From an uncultured Chloroflexia bacterium (GTDB lineage Bacteria; Chloroflexota; Limnocylindria; QHBO01): a DNA stretch of 64,000 nt. Positions 1 through 8,800 of the stretch are shown one piece after another (position 1 is the first letter of the stretch; every line of letters starts with the position of its first letter). The translations under genes were made by a program, and so were the position numbers. Below the pieces are notes generated by a model. The model saw nothing but the letters and a program-made list of their open reading frames with translations, ran no database searches and had not been told where the DNA came from. The DNA lies in the NCBI GenBank assembly GCA_963805305.1, contig CAWDTM010000008.1, forward strand, positions 450,885-514,884, in the 5' to 3' direction.

Positions 1-924
1 ATCCTGTACCCCGCCCTTGCCCAGGTGATCTGGGGTTCGCGGGAGCCCGCGGGCAAGCACGACGGGATCGACGGCATCGGTGCCATCGACAAGGTCATCG
101 AGATCGACCAGAGCCCCATCGGCCGCACGCCGCGGTCGAACCCGGCCACGTACACCGGCCTGTGGACCCCCATGCGCGAGCTCCTCGCGGCCGTGCCGGA
201 GTCGCGACTTCGCGGCTACAAGCCCGGGCGTTTCAGCTTCAACGTCAAGGGTGGTCGCTGCGAGGCATGCCAGGGCGATGGGATCGTGCAGATCGAGATG
301 CACTTCCTGCCCGACGTGTACGTCGCGTGCGAGGTCTGCAAGGGGAAGCGCTACAACCGCGAGACGCTCGAGATCCACTACAAGGGAAAGAACGTCGCGG
401 AGATCCTGGAGATGACCGTGGACGAGGCGCTGGGGTTCTTCGAGGCGGTGCCGGCGATCCGGAACAAGCTCCAGACCCTGCACGACGTGGGAATGGGGTA
501 CGTCCATCTCGGGCAGGCGGCCACCACCCTCTCCGGCGGCGAGGCCCAGCGCGTGAAGCTGGCGACGGAGCTTTCGAAGCGCGCGACCGGCAAGACCTTC
601 TACATCCTCGACGAGCCCACGACGGGTCTCCACTTCGACGACGTGTCGCGCCTGCTCAGCGTGCTGGGTCGACTGGCCGATGCCGGCAACACCGTGGTCG
701 TCATCGAGCACAATCTCGATGTCATCAAGACGGCGGACTGGGTCATCGACCTGGGGCCGGAGGGCGGCAACGGCGGAGGCCGCGTCGTGGCGACCGGCAC
801 CCCCGAGGAGGTCGCGGCCAATCCCGGCTCCTACACCGGTCGCTACCTGCGAGGCGTCCTCCCCGCCGCCGCAGCGCCCCGTGCCCGTCGACGCTCGCGA
901 AGACGTGAGGCGGTTCCCGCCTAG
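1..924 (+). CDS. uvrA: Excinuclease ABC subunit A, C-terminal part (5' end lies outside the window)
   Basis: The reading frame is open from the window edge. It has the zinc finger CEACQGDG...CEVCKGKRY, the ABC signature [15 protein letters not shown], the Walker [13 protein letters not shown] and [22 protein letters not shown], all typical of the second UvrA ATPase module. Confidence 0.95.
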   Translation: MLYPALAQVIWGSREPAGKHDGIDGIGAIDKVIEIDQSPIGRTPRSNPATYTGLWTPMRELLAAVPESRLRGYKPGRFSFNVKGGRCEACQGDGIVQIEMHFLPDVYVACEVCKGKRYNRETLEIHYKGKNVAEILEMTVDEALGFFEAVPAIRNKLQTLHDVGMGYVHLGQAATTLSGGEAQRVKLATELSKRATGKTFYILDEPTTGLHFDDVSRLLSVLGRLADAGNTVVVIEHNLDVIKTADWVIDLGPEGGNGGGRVVATGTPEEVAANPGSYTGRYLRGVLPAAAAPRARRRSRRREAVPA

Positions 925-1054
925 CGATGGGCGGGGCGCGCCGCCGCTAGAATCGCGGCGCTGCTCAGGGGGTCCTGGCGCTCATCCGGAGGATGGACCG
1001 ATGCCGGGCGTCCTGGAGACCATGGCCCGGCGACAGCGATGAACGGCTGAGGGA

Positions 1055-2779
1055 TCAGGGTCGTCGCGACCGAGGCTGGTCTGCGGCGACCGCGACGAGG
1101 CCCATCTCCTCGAGGAATCGCGAAGGCCGCGCGGGGTCGAAGGCCAGGACAAGGCGCCGGGTCGGGCGGGTTAGCGCGACGTAGGCGAGCCGGCGCTCCT
1201 CCTCGACCGCGCGCTGCGGGTCGGCGGCGCCCAGCAGGGCGCGGCGGTTCGGGAATCGCTCCTCCTCGAAGCCGACGATCACGACCGTCGGCCACTCACG
1301 TCCCTTGGCGCCGTGGACGGTGACGAGCTCCACGGCCGCATCCGGCACGCGGAGCCGTTGGAGCTGCTCGCGCATGCGCGCGGCCGAGGCGAGGAAGCGA
1401 TCCAGCGACCGGAATCCGACCGACCAGCCCGCAAACGCGTCGAGGGCGAGTTGCTCGTCGTCGCCGAGATCGTCGGCCTGGTCCACGCGTCGCCACCCCA
1501 GGGAGGCGCGCACGGCCTGGATCGCGGCGAACGGGGGGCGATCGGCGGGGAGCCGCCGCAGCGCCTCCAAGAGCCGGGTGACTCCGGGGGAGTCGAGCGG
1601 GCCGTTCACCGCGGTCGCATGCGGTATCCCGCGACGCACGAGGGCCAGGATGATGGGCGCCAGCTCGGCCCGGGTGCGGGCGAGGAAACAGGCGCGCTCG
1701 CCATCGGCCGTGGAGGCCAGTACCAGCTCGATGAGGCGCTCGGGCCAGTCGATGGCATCGGTCGCCAGGGAGACAAGCGCCGGACCTCGGTCGCCCGGGG
1801 CACTCGCCCGTCCCGGTCCGGCCTCGATGCGCTTCGCGAAGCGCTCCACGTTGACGGCAATGAGCCGGGCAGACCGATGGACGACGATCGGAGGACAGCG
1901 GTAGTTCGTCGCCAGCTGGACGCGACGTGCCTCTGGGTAGTGGAGCCCGAAGTCGAGGATGCGCCGCACATCGGCGAGGCGCCATGCGTAGATGGTCTGG
2001 TCGTCGTCGCCAACCACGAAGAGGTTGCGCTCCGGCTCGGCCAGGACGCGCACCAGCTGGAGCTGCGCGGCGTCCACGTCCTGGAACTCGTCGACGCACA
2101 CGTGGGTGAAGCGCGCCTGCCAGCGGCGGCGGCTGACCGGGTCGCGCTCGAGCGAGGCGATCGCTTCCACGACGAGGTCGTCGAAGTCGCGGGCACCGCG
2201 CGCTGCCAGCAACCGGGCGTACAGGCCGAGGATTGGCAGGGCGATCTCCGGTGGCCGTCTTCCCTCGATCTTGGCCGCGGAGAGCCAGGTGTCCAGCGCG
2301 GCGACCCCCGGCAGGTCCGGAGCGTCCGCGGCGCGCCCGACCAGGCATCGGCGGCGAGCGGCGCGCAGGAGCGGCAGACGGTCCGGCACCAGCTCCAGGC
2401 GCGGCTGGCGCTCGAGCAGGATCTGGCGGGCCAGCGCATGGAGCGTTCGGACCTCCATGGCCTCGGCTCCGGGGAGCGACGGGGCGAGCCGCTCCGTGAT
2501 CCTGGCGCGTAGCTCAGCGGCGGCATCGCGGTTGAAGGTCACCACGCAGATGCGCTCGGGCGCCGTTCCCCTCGCCATGAGGTACCCGAGACGCGCCACG
2601 AGGGTGGTTGTCTTGCCACTGCCGGCCGGCGCGATGATCTGCGCGGGACCGTCCGGCAGCGTGGCGGCCGCACGTTGCTCCGGATCGAGGCGGCGCAGCA
2701 TCGCGTCGACCGACGCGGGGAGCGCAACGGGAGCGGGGGCAGCGCGATCGCCTCCGGCGTGCCGAATCGTCGTCATCAC
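1055..2779 (-). CDS. UvrD/Rep/PcrA-family SF1 DNA helicase (574 aa)
   Basis: SF1 helicase motifs are present: Walker A APAGSGKTTTL, motif II CVDEFQDVD, NYRCPP, TVHGAKGREWP and YVALTRPTRRL. The gene is convergent with uvrA. Confidence 0.85.
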   Translation of the reverse strand: MMTTIRHAGGDRAAPAPVALPASVDAMLRRLDPEQRAAATLPDGPAQIIAPAGSGKTTTLVARLGYLMARGTAPERICVVTFNRDAAAELRARITERLAPSLPGAEAMEVRTLHALARQILLERQPRLELVPDRLPLLRAARRRCLVGRAADAPDLPGVAALDTWLSAAKIEGRRPPEIALPILGLYARLLAARGARDFDDLVVEAIASLERDPVSRRRWQARFTHVCVDEFQDVDAAQLQLVRVLAEPERNLFVVGDDDQTIYAWRLADVRRILDFGLHYPEARRVQLATNYRCPPIVVHRSARLIAVNVERFAKRIEAGPGRASAPGDRGPALVSLATDAIDWPERLIELVLASTADGERACFLARTRAELAPIILALVRRGIPHATAVNGPLDSPGVTRLLEALRRLPADRPPFAAIQAVRASLGWRRVDQADDLGDDEQLALDAFAGWSVGFRSLDRFLASAARMREQLQRLRVPDAAVELVTVHGAKGREWPTVVIVGFEEERFPNRRALLGAADPQRAVEEERRLAYVALTRPTRRLVLAFDPARPSRFLEEMGLVAVAADQPRSRRP

Positions 2780-2967
2780 CGGAGCGTGACGGGCGTCCCT
2801 TACCCTCGCGTTCGAGGACGCTTATCGGCGCGGATCGGGGGTCTGTCCCGTGTCGGCGACGATCCGGCCGACTCGCTATCCTGACGATCCACGGCGGTGC
2901 AGGTCAGCACCGGGGGGCGCCGGGAACCAGTACCCGCAGGAGGACCGATCGGCCGGATGACGTCCCG

Positions 2968-4194
2968 ATGATGCGCCGCGACCGCCGCAGGAACCACGCG
3001 GTGCCGACGGCGCGTGCGAAACGCATCCGATCCGACGCCGAGCGCGAGGCCGCGATGCGCGCGGCCGACGAGCGTGACCCGTCGCCCTGGGGCGGCTCGC
3101 CCGACCGACGCACCGCGACGGCCGTGCTGTCGACCCCCGCCCGCTCCGGGCCACGTCCCCGGAAGCGAACGAGCTTCAAGCGGGTCGCCCTCACCGGAAG
3201 CCTGCTGCTGGTTGCGATCGTCGTCCTCGGCTCGGTCCTCCTCTGGCAGCGCGTCAACGCCTTCAACGCCGCGACCTCCAGCCGGGGCACGCTCTCGAGT
3301 GCCCTGTTCGGGCCGCTGGGCGGCCACGATCGGGTCAACGTGCTGATGATCGGGTACAGCGGGGATCCGAACCACGGTGGCACGTATCTCGCCGATTCGC
3401 TGAACATCCTCTCGGTCGATCCGGGGACGAAGACCACGACGCTGATCCCCATCCCGCGCGACCTGTGGATCCAGGGCCTCCCCGAGATGCCGCACAACGG
3501 CAAGGTCAACGAGGCGTTCGCCGATGGATGGGACGCCGGGGGCTGGGAGAACGCGGGCGCCGTGGAGGCGGCGGTCGTCGCGAAGGTCACGGGCGTGCAG
3601 ATCGATCACTTCATCGCCATCGACTTCGCCGGCCTGAGCGATGTCGTCGACGCGGTGGGCGGGGTCACCGTCACGAACCCGCGGGCGTTCCAGTACACCT
3701 GGTGGGAAGGCAACTTCCAGCGCGGCAGCTGGTCCGGCGCATTCAAGGCGGGCCCCATCCACCTGGGCGGGGAGGAGGCCCTCACCTATGCCCGCGCCCG
3801 GTACACGAGCGTCCCGGCCGAGTCGAGCGACTTCGCCCGATCCGTTCGGCAGCAGCGGATCATCTCGGCGCTTCGCGAGAACCTCGGGTCCGGGATCGGG
3901 TCGCTGGGCCCCGGGCTCGCGGTCATGGACGCGCTGAAGGGCCACCTCCACACGGACCTTTCGGCGTTCGACCTCTTCCTGCTCTCGGGCCACCTCCACG
4001 TGGACCGGCGCCTGGAGCTCAAGGAGGACGTGGCCCTGAAGGCGGGTCGCAACGATGCCGGCTCGTACATCCTCTTTCCCGTCGGGGCGGACACCCTTGG
4101 CGACTATGCGCCGCTCCGGCGCTTCATCGCCACCGGGCTCGCCAAGCCGATCCCCTCGCCCAGCCCGACGCCAAGCCCCACCCCGGCCAGCTAG
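2968..4194 (+). CDS. LytR-CpsA-Psr (LCP) family cell-envelope phosphotransferase
   Basis: It has a basic cytoplasmic tail, one TM helix (LTGSLLLVAIVVLGSVLLW), an LCP-like core (LNILSVDPGTKTTTLIPIPRDLW, VNEAF, IDHFIAIDFAGL, ALTYARARY) and a Pro/Ser-rich C-terminus. The exact start is uncertain. Confidence 0.8.
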   Translation: MMRRDRRRNHAVPTARAKRIRSDAEREAAMRAADERDPSPWGGSPDRRTATAVLSTPARSGPRPRKRTSFKRVALTGSLLLVAIVVLGSVLLWQRVNAFNAATSSRGTLSSALFGPLGGHDRVNVLMIGYSGDPNHGGTYLADSLNILSVDPGTKTTTLIPIPRDLWIQGLPEMPHNGKVNEAFADGWDAGGWENAGAVEAAVVAKVTGVQIDHFIAIDFAGLSDVVDAVGGVTVTNPRAFQYTWWEGNFQRGSWSGAFKAGPIHLGGEEALTYARARYTSVPAESSDFARSVRQQRIISALRENLGSGIGSLGPGLAVMDALKGHLHTDLSAFDLFLLSGHLHVDRRLELKEDVALKAGRNDAGSYILFPVGADTLGDYAPLRRFIATGLAKPIPSPSPTPSPTPAS

Positions 4195-4223
4195 CCCGCG
4201 TCGTCGTCGCCGCGCCATCGGCC

Positions 4224-4229
4224 TAGAAT
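4224..4229 (+). promoter_or_regulatory. -10-like hexamer TAGAAT, 6 nt upstream of the uvrC GTG start (possible leaderless transcript)
   Basis: The sequence reads gcc-TAGAAT-cggacc-GTG. With this spacing a transcription start would fall at or next to the start codon, and there is no Shine-Dalgarno sequence in between. Confidence 0.35.
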
Positions 4230-4235
4230 CGGACC

Positions 4236-6209
4236 GTGCCAGCCGCTCCCGACCGCGATCGAGACACGCACCTCCGCGCCATCCTCCGCCAGCTCCCGAC
4301 CAGCCCCGGCGTCTACCTGATGAAGGGCGCCGATGCCCGCGTGCTGTACGTGGGCAAGGCCGATGTCCTCCGCCACCGCGTCCGCTCCTACTTCGGCAGC
4401 AAGGCCGGGCTGGACTCGCGGATCCTGCGGATGGTCGCCGAGGTCGCTGACATCGAGTACATCGTTACCGACACGGTATCGGAGGCCTTTCTCCTCGAAG
4501 GGAACCTCATCAAGGAGCATCGGCCGCGGTTCAACATCCGCCTCCGCGACGACAAGAGCTACCCGTTCGTGAAGATCACGCTGGGCGAGGATTTCCCGCG
4601 GATCGTGCGAACTCGGAAGCTCGCCCGGGACGGGAGCCGCTACTTCGGGCCGTACGCCTCCGCATCGAGCGTCGACGAGACGCTGAAGCTGCTCCGAAAG
4701 ATCTTCCCGTTCCGGACCTGCAACCTGGAGATCCCCGAGGGGAAGCGCGTCCTCGAGCGGCCGTGCCTGCTCTACTACATCAACCGCTGCCAGGGACCGT
4801 GCATCGAGGCGATCGGCAAGGCCGAGTATCGCGGGGCCATCGACCGGGTGGTCGACTTCCTGGACGGCAAGCAGGAGGGGATCGCGCGCGAGCTGGAGCG
4901 CGAGATGGCCGAGGACGCAGAGGCGCTCCGATATGAGGCAGCCGCGGTGGCGCGCGACAAGCTGCGTGCCGTGGAGCGGACGATCGAGCAGCAGAAGATG
5001 GCGGCCTATGCGACGACCGAGGAGGACGTGGTGGGGATGGCGCGCGAAGAGGGGGAGGCCTGCCTCCAGCTCTTCGTGATCCGCAACGGGAAGATGATCG
5101 GCCGCGAGCATTTCATCGTCGAGAACGCGGCGGCGGCGACCGATGGCGAGGTGCTGGGCTCGTTCCTGCAGCAGTACTACTCGGCGGTGGAGCGGCCGCC
5201 CCGCGCGGTGCAGCTGCCGGCCGACCCGGCCGATGCCGACGTCCTCTCAGCATTCCTTGCCGACCGTCGGGGATCCCGGGTCGCCCTGCACGTCCCGGCG
5301 CGCGGCGAGAAGCGGCGCCTCGTGGCCCTGGCAACCCAGAACGCGGTGGAGGCGCTCGCCAAGGAGCGCGCAGAGTGGCTGGCGGACGAGGGCAAGCGTG
5401 ACGAGGCGCTCACCCAGCTGGCGGAGGCGCTGCACCTGGACCGACCGCCCGAGCGGATCGAGTGCTACGACATGAGCAACATCTCCGGGACGAGCGCCGT
5501 GGGGAGCATGGTCGTCTTCATCAACGGCCGCCCGGAGCCGCGCGAGTACCGGCGCTTCCGCATCCGCTCCGGCGACACGCCCGACGACTTCCGGATGATG
5601 GCCGAGGTCCTCCGCCGCCGGTTCACGCGCGCGGCGCGCCTCCGCGCCGAGACGGGGGCGCTCTCGCTGGCCGCGGTCGGTGCGGACGAGGCGCCCGAGG
5701 ACGAGCTGGACGAGCCAGGGGCCGATGGCGGCGCGTCCGCAAGCGGGCGCGATGGCGGCTGGGCGTTGCCCGACCTGGTGATCGTCGACGGTGGGAAGGG
5801 CCAGCTCTCGGCTGCGGTCGGGGTCATGGACGAGCTGCAGCTGACCGACGTCCCGCTCAGCGGTCTCGCCAAGCGCTTCGAGGAGCTCTACGTTCCCGGC
5901 AGGTCGGATCCGATCGTCCTGCCGCGTCGGAGCCAGGGTCTCTACCTGGTCCAGCGCATCCGGGATGAGGCGCATCGGTTTGCGATCACGTACCACCGCC
6001 AGGTGCGCGGCAAGCGAGCGCTGCGATCCGAGCTCGATGACGTGCCCGGCATCGGGTCCGGCCGCAAGAAGGCGCTGCTCAAGCGGTTCGGCAGCGTGCG
6101 GCGCATCCGTGAGGCGAGCGTCGAGGAGGTCGCCGGCACGCCGGGGATCAGCCGCGAAATCGCGGAGCGGGTGAAGAGCCATCTCGCCCGCGAGGGGATG
6201 CTCGCCTGA
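4236..6209 (+). CDS. uvrC: Excinuclease ABC subunit C
   Basis: It has a GIY-YIG N-terminus (PGVYLMKG...VLYVGKA...RVRSYF), a UVR domain (YEAAAVARDKL), an endonuclease V-like domain and a C-terminal (HhH)2 (VPGIGSGRKKALLKRFGS). Length is 657 aa. Confidence 0.95.
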   Translation: MPAAPDRDRDTHLRAILRQLPTSPGVYLMKGADARVLYVGKADVLRHRVRSYFGSKAGLDSRILRMVAEVADIEYIVTDTVSEAFLLEGNLIKEHRPRFNIRLRDDKSYPFVKITLGEDFPRIVRTRKLARDGSRYFGPYASASSVDETLKLLRKIFPFRTCNLEIPEGKRVLERPCLLYYINRCQGPCIEAIGKAEYRGAIDRVVDFLDGKQEGIARELEREMAEDAEALRYEAAAVARDKLRAVERTIEQQKMAAYATTEEDVVGMAREEGEACLQLFVIRNGKMIGREHFIVENAAAATDGEVLGSFLQQYYSAVERPPRAVQLPADPADADVLSAFLADRRGSRVALHVPARGEKRRLVALATQNAVEALAKERAEWLADEGKRDEALTQLAEALHLDRPPERIECYDMSNISGTSAVGSMVVFINGRPEPREYRRFRIRSGDTPDDFRMMAEVLRRRFTRAARLRAETGALSLAAVGADEAPEDELDEPGADGGASASGRDGGWALPDLVIVDGGKGQLSAAVGVMDELQLTDVPLSGLAKRFEELYVPGRSDPIVLPRRSQGLYLVQRIRDEAHRFAITYHRQVRGKRALRSELDDVPGIGSGRKKALLKRFGSVRRIREASVEEVAGTPGISREIAERVKSHLAREGMLA

Positions 6210-6238
6210 TCGCGTTGCGGGTCGCGACCGGTCGCCCC

Positions 6239-6244
6239 TATAAT
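6239..6244 (+). promoter_or_regulatory. Consensus -10 hexamer TATAAT upstream of secD
   Basis: A perfect TATAAT lies in the uvrC-secD intergenic region. It is followed by GAGGAG (6261-6266) and the GTG start at 6277. Confidence 0.4.
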
Positions 6245-6276
6245 CGCGCGGCCCGCCGCGAGGAGCGGCGTGTTCT

Positions 6277-7692
6277 GTGTCTGCGCCATCGCGTTCGCGA
6301 TTGGTCGCCCGACTCCGAGCGAAAGGACCAGTTGGCCGAAGCATGACCTGGCGCCGCATCGCCCCGTGGCTGATCATCGTGATCGCCGTCCTGGCCACGT
6401 ACTACGACCTTCCCCGCAAGACCCTGGGGCTCTACAACACTGCCACGAACTCGAGCACGCTTCCCGCGCCGGGTCTCGGCGGCGACGCGCACACGGTCCT
6501 TGGCCTGGACCTCCAGGGCGGGATTCGCGTCACGCTCAAGGTGAACCCCCAGCCCGGCCAGGCAGTGACCGATGACGACGTGAGCGTGGCCCGCAACATC
6601 ATCGAGCAGCGGGTCGGCGGCCTGGGCGTCAGCGAGCCGCAGGTGAGAACGGAGACGAACGGGTCCGGCGATCGGCTCATCGTGGTCGAGGTGCCGGGCG
6701 TCTCGAACGTCGACGAGGTCCGCAAGCTTGTCGGGTCGACCGGCCTGCTGCAGTTCATCGACCCGAAGTCCGAGACGCTCTCCGTGGGGCAGGACATCAC
6801 GACCCTCCTGCAGCAGGGCAGCATCGGGGTCATCTTCAACGGTGGGGCGATCAACGCGGGGAGCGTCGCGCCCGATTCGCAGAACGGTGTCCTGGGCGTC
6901 AGCTTCAGCCTCGACAGCCAGGCGACCACCGATTGGTGCGCCTACACGACCGCGCACGTGAACCAGCCCGGTCCGGTGGCGCTCGACGGCAAGATCATCA
7001 CCACCCCGAACATCCAGAGCGCAATCTGCCAGGGGACCACGATCATCACCGTGGGGACCGGGACGAGCGCCGAGCAGGAGCGGACGACCCTCTACAACCA
7101 GCTGCGTTACGGCGCCCTGCCGGTGGGCCTGCAGGAGGTCGGCTTCGACAACGTCGCCCCGACCCTGGGCCGCGGCTTCCTGACGCAGGCCCTCTTCGCG
7201 GGTGGCATCGGCCTCCTCCTCGTGCTGCTCTTCATGATCGGCAGCTACCGGCTGCCGGGGGTGCTCGCCTCGCTGGCCCTCATCTTCTACACGCTCGTGA
7301 ACTACGGGATCTTCCGGATCATCCCCGTGACGCTGACCCTTGCCGGGGTGGCGGCCTTCATCCTGTCCATCGGCATGGCGGTCGACGCCAACATCCTCAT
7401 CTTCGAGCGGATGAAGGAGGAGATCCGGGCCGGCAAGACGCTGGGACCGGCCATCGAGGCGGGCTTCAACCGCGCCTGGTCGAGCATCCTCGACTCGAAC
7501 GTGAGCTCCCTGCTCGTGGCGAGCTGGCTCTACTGGCAGGGGACCACGGTCGTCCGCGGGTTCGCCCTGGTCCTGATCATCGGCGTCCTGATCAGCATGT
7601 TCAGCGCCATCACCGTGACCCGCACCATGCTGCGCTGGGTCGTCCGCCGAGAGTGGGGACGTCGCATCGAGCTGTACCACGTGGAGCGCTGA
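6277..7692 (+). CDS. secD: Protein translocase subunit SecD
   Basis: It has an N-terminal TM, a large periplasmic domain (GLDLQGGIRV) and a C-terminal 5-TM bundle with ILSIGMAVDANILIFERMKEE. The start could instead be the ATG at 6343. Confidence 0.9.
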   Translation: MSAPSRSRLVARLRAKGPVGRSMTWRRIAPWLIIVIAVLATYYDLPRKTLGLYNTATNSSTLPAPGLGGDAHTVLGLDLQGGIRVTLKVNPQPGQAVTDDDVSVARNIIEQRVGGLGVSEPQVRTETNGSGDRLIVVEVPGVSNVDEVRKLVGSTGLLQFIDPKSETLSVGQDITTLLQQGSIGVIFNGGAINAGSVAPDSQNGVLGVSFSLDSQATTDWCAYTTAHVNQPGPVALDGKIITTPNIQSAICQGTTIITVGTGTSAEQERTTLYNQLRYGALPVGLQEVGFDNVAPTLGRGFLTQALFAGGIGLLLVLLFMIGSYRLPGVLASLALIFYTLVNYGIFRIIPVTLTLAGVAAFILSIGMAVDANILIFERMKEEIRAGKTLGPAIEAGFNRAWSSILDSNVSSLLVASWLYWQGTTVVRGFALVLIIGVLISMFSAITVTRTMLRWVVRREWGRRIELYHVER

Positions 7693-7695
7693 CCC

Positions 7696-8763
7696 ATGTA
7701 TGACATCGTCGGCAAGCGCCGCTGGTACTTCCTGTTCAGCGCCCTCATCACCGTCCCCGGGCTGATCTTCATCGTGCTGGGCGGTCTCAAGCCCACCGTG
7801 GACTACACCGGAGGAACGGTCTGGCAGGTCCGCTTCGCCGACCGGCCCGCACCGGCGGAGGTGCAGGCGGCCCTCGTCCAGCTCGACCACCCCGAGGCCA
7901 CCGTCAGCGCCCTCGCCGACGGGTATCTCTCGATCCGCACGCGTCCCATCGACCTGCTGCCGCCGTCGACCCCGGAGCCGGTGCCGTCGGTGATTCCGAG
8001 CGCATCGGCGGCCGCCTCGGCGAGCGCCGCGGCGGCGGCGACGGCGAGCCCGTCGGTCACCCCGGTGCCGAGCCCCGTGGCGAGCGCATCGCCGGTGCCA
8101 GTCCCGGCGGGCACCCCCTTCGACACGCTGCGCACGGCCCTCGTGGCACGCTTCGGGGCGGCGGAGACCGCCAGCGCCACCACGGTTGGACCGCTCATCG
8201 GCTCGGACCTGATCCGCAGCTCCGCGATCCTGATCATCGTCGGTGAGCTCTTCATCCTCGCCTACCTGTGGTTCCGGTTCGGCTTCCGGTTCGGCACGGC
8301 CGCCATCGTGGCGCTGCTCCATGACGTCATCGTCGTCGTGGGCACTTTCGCGATCCTCGGCTACTTCTTCGGGCTGGAGTTCGACGCCCTCTTCGTCACC
8401 GCGCTGCTCACGATCATCGGCTTCAGCGTCCACGACACGATCGTGGTCTTCGACCGCATCCGGGAGAACCGCATCCGCCACGCGGGCGAGCCGTTCGGGG
8501 CCATCGTCAACCACTCGATCCTGCAGACTCTTGGCCGCTCGATCAGCACCAGCATGACGGTCATCGTGACGCTGACGGCGCTGCTCCTGCTTGGCCCGGT
8601 GACCATCCGGACCTTCACCCTGGCGCTGCTCATCGGCGTCATCAGCGGGACCTACTCGTCGATCTTCAACGCAAGCCAGATCCTGGTGGCGTGGTACGAG
8701 TGGGACGCTCGCCGGCGGGCCCGCACGGGCAGCGGAAGGCAGGTCCGTCCGCTCAGCCGATAA
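7696..8763 (+). CDS. secF: Protein translocase subunit SecF
   Basis: It starts 4 nt after secD and carries the SecF motifs FGTAAIVALLHDVIVVVG and FSVHDTIVVFDRIREN. The periplasmic loop contains an Ala/Ser/Pro low-complexity insert. Confidence 0.9.
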   Translation: MYDIVGKRRWYFLFSALITVPGLIFIVLGGLKPTVDYTGGTVWQVRFADRPAPAEVQAALVQLDHPEATVSALADGYLSIRTRPIDLLPPSTPEPVPSVIPSASAAASASAAAAATASPSVTPVPSPVASASPVPVPAGTPFDTLRTALVARFGAAETASATTVGPLIGSDLIRSSAILIIVGELFILAYLWFRFGFRFGTAAIVALLHDVIVVVGTFAILGYFFGLEFDALFVTALLTIIGFSVHDTIVVFDRIRENRIRHAGEPFGAIVNHSILQTLGRSISTSMTVIVTLTALLLLGPVTIRTFTLALLIGVISGTYSSIFNASQILVAWYEWDARRRARTGSGRQVRPLSR

Positions 8764-8800
8764 CGGAACCGGCAGCCGGCGATACGCGCTCGCGGCTACC

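Noticed and set aside
948-953. A TAGAAT hexamer after uvrA that looks like a -10 box.
   Set aside because: It sits in the loop of a hairpin (gcgccgc...gcggcgc) between the convergent uvrA and helicase genes, and no plus-strand gene lies downstream. It is more likely part of a bidirectional terminator-like structure.
2800-4218. Long minus-strand ORFs opposite real genes: this 472-aa one, plus 12331-13941, 14443-15873, 20387-21586, 39996-41381, 42762-44012 and 55108-56229.
   Set aside because: All lie opposite genes with strong family signatures, and all show the compositional bias of GC-rich antisense frames.
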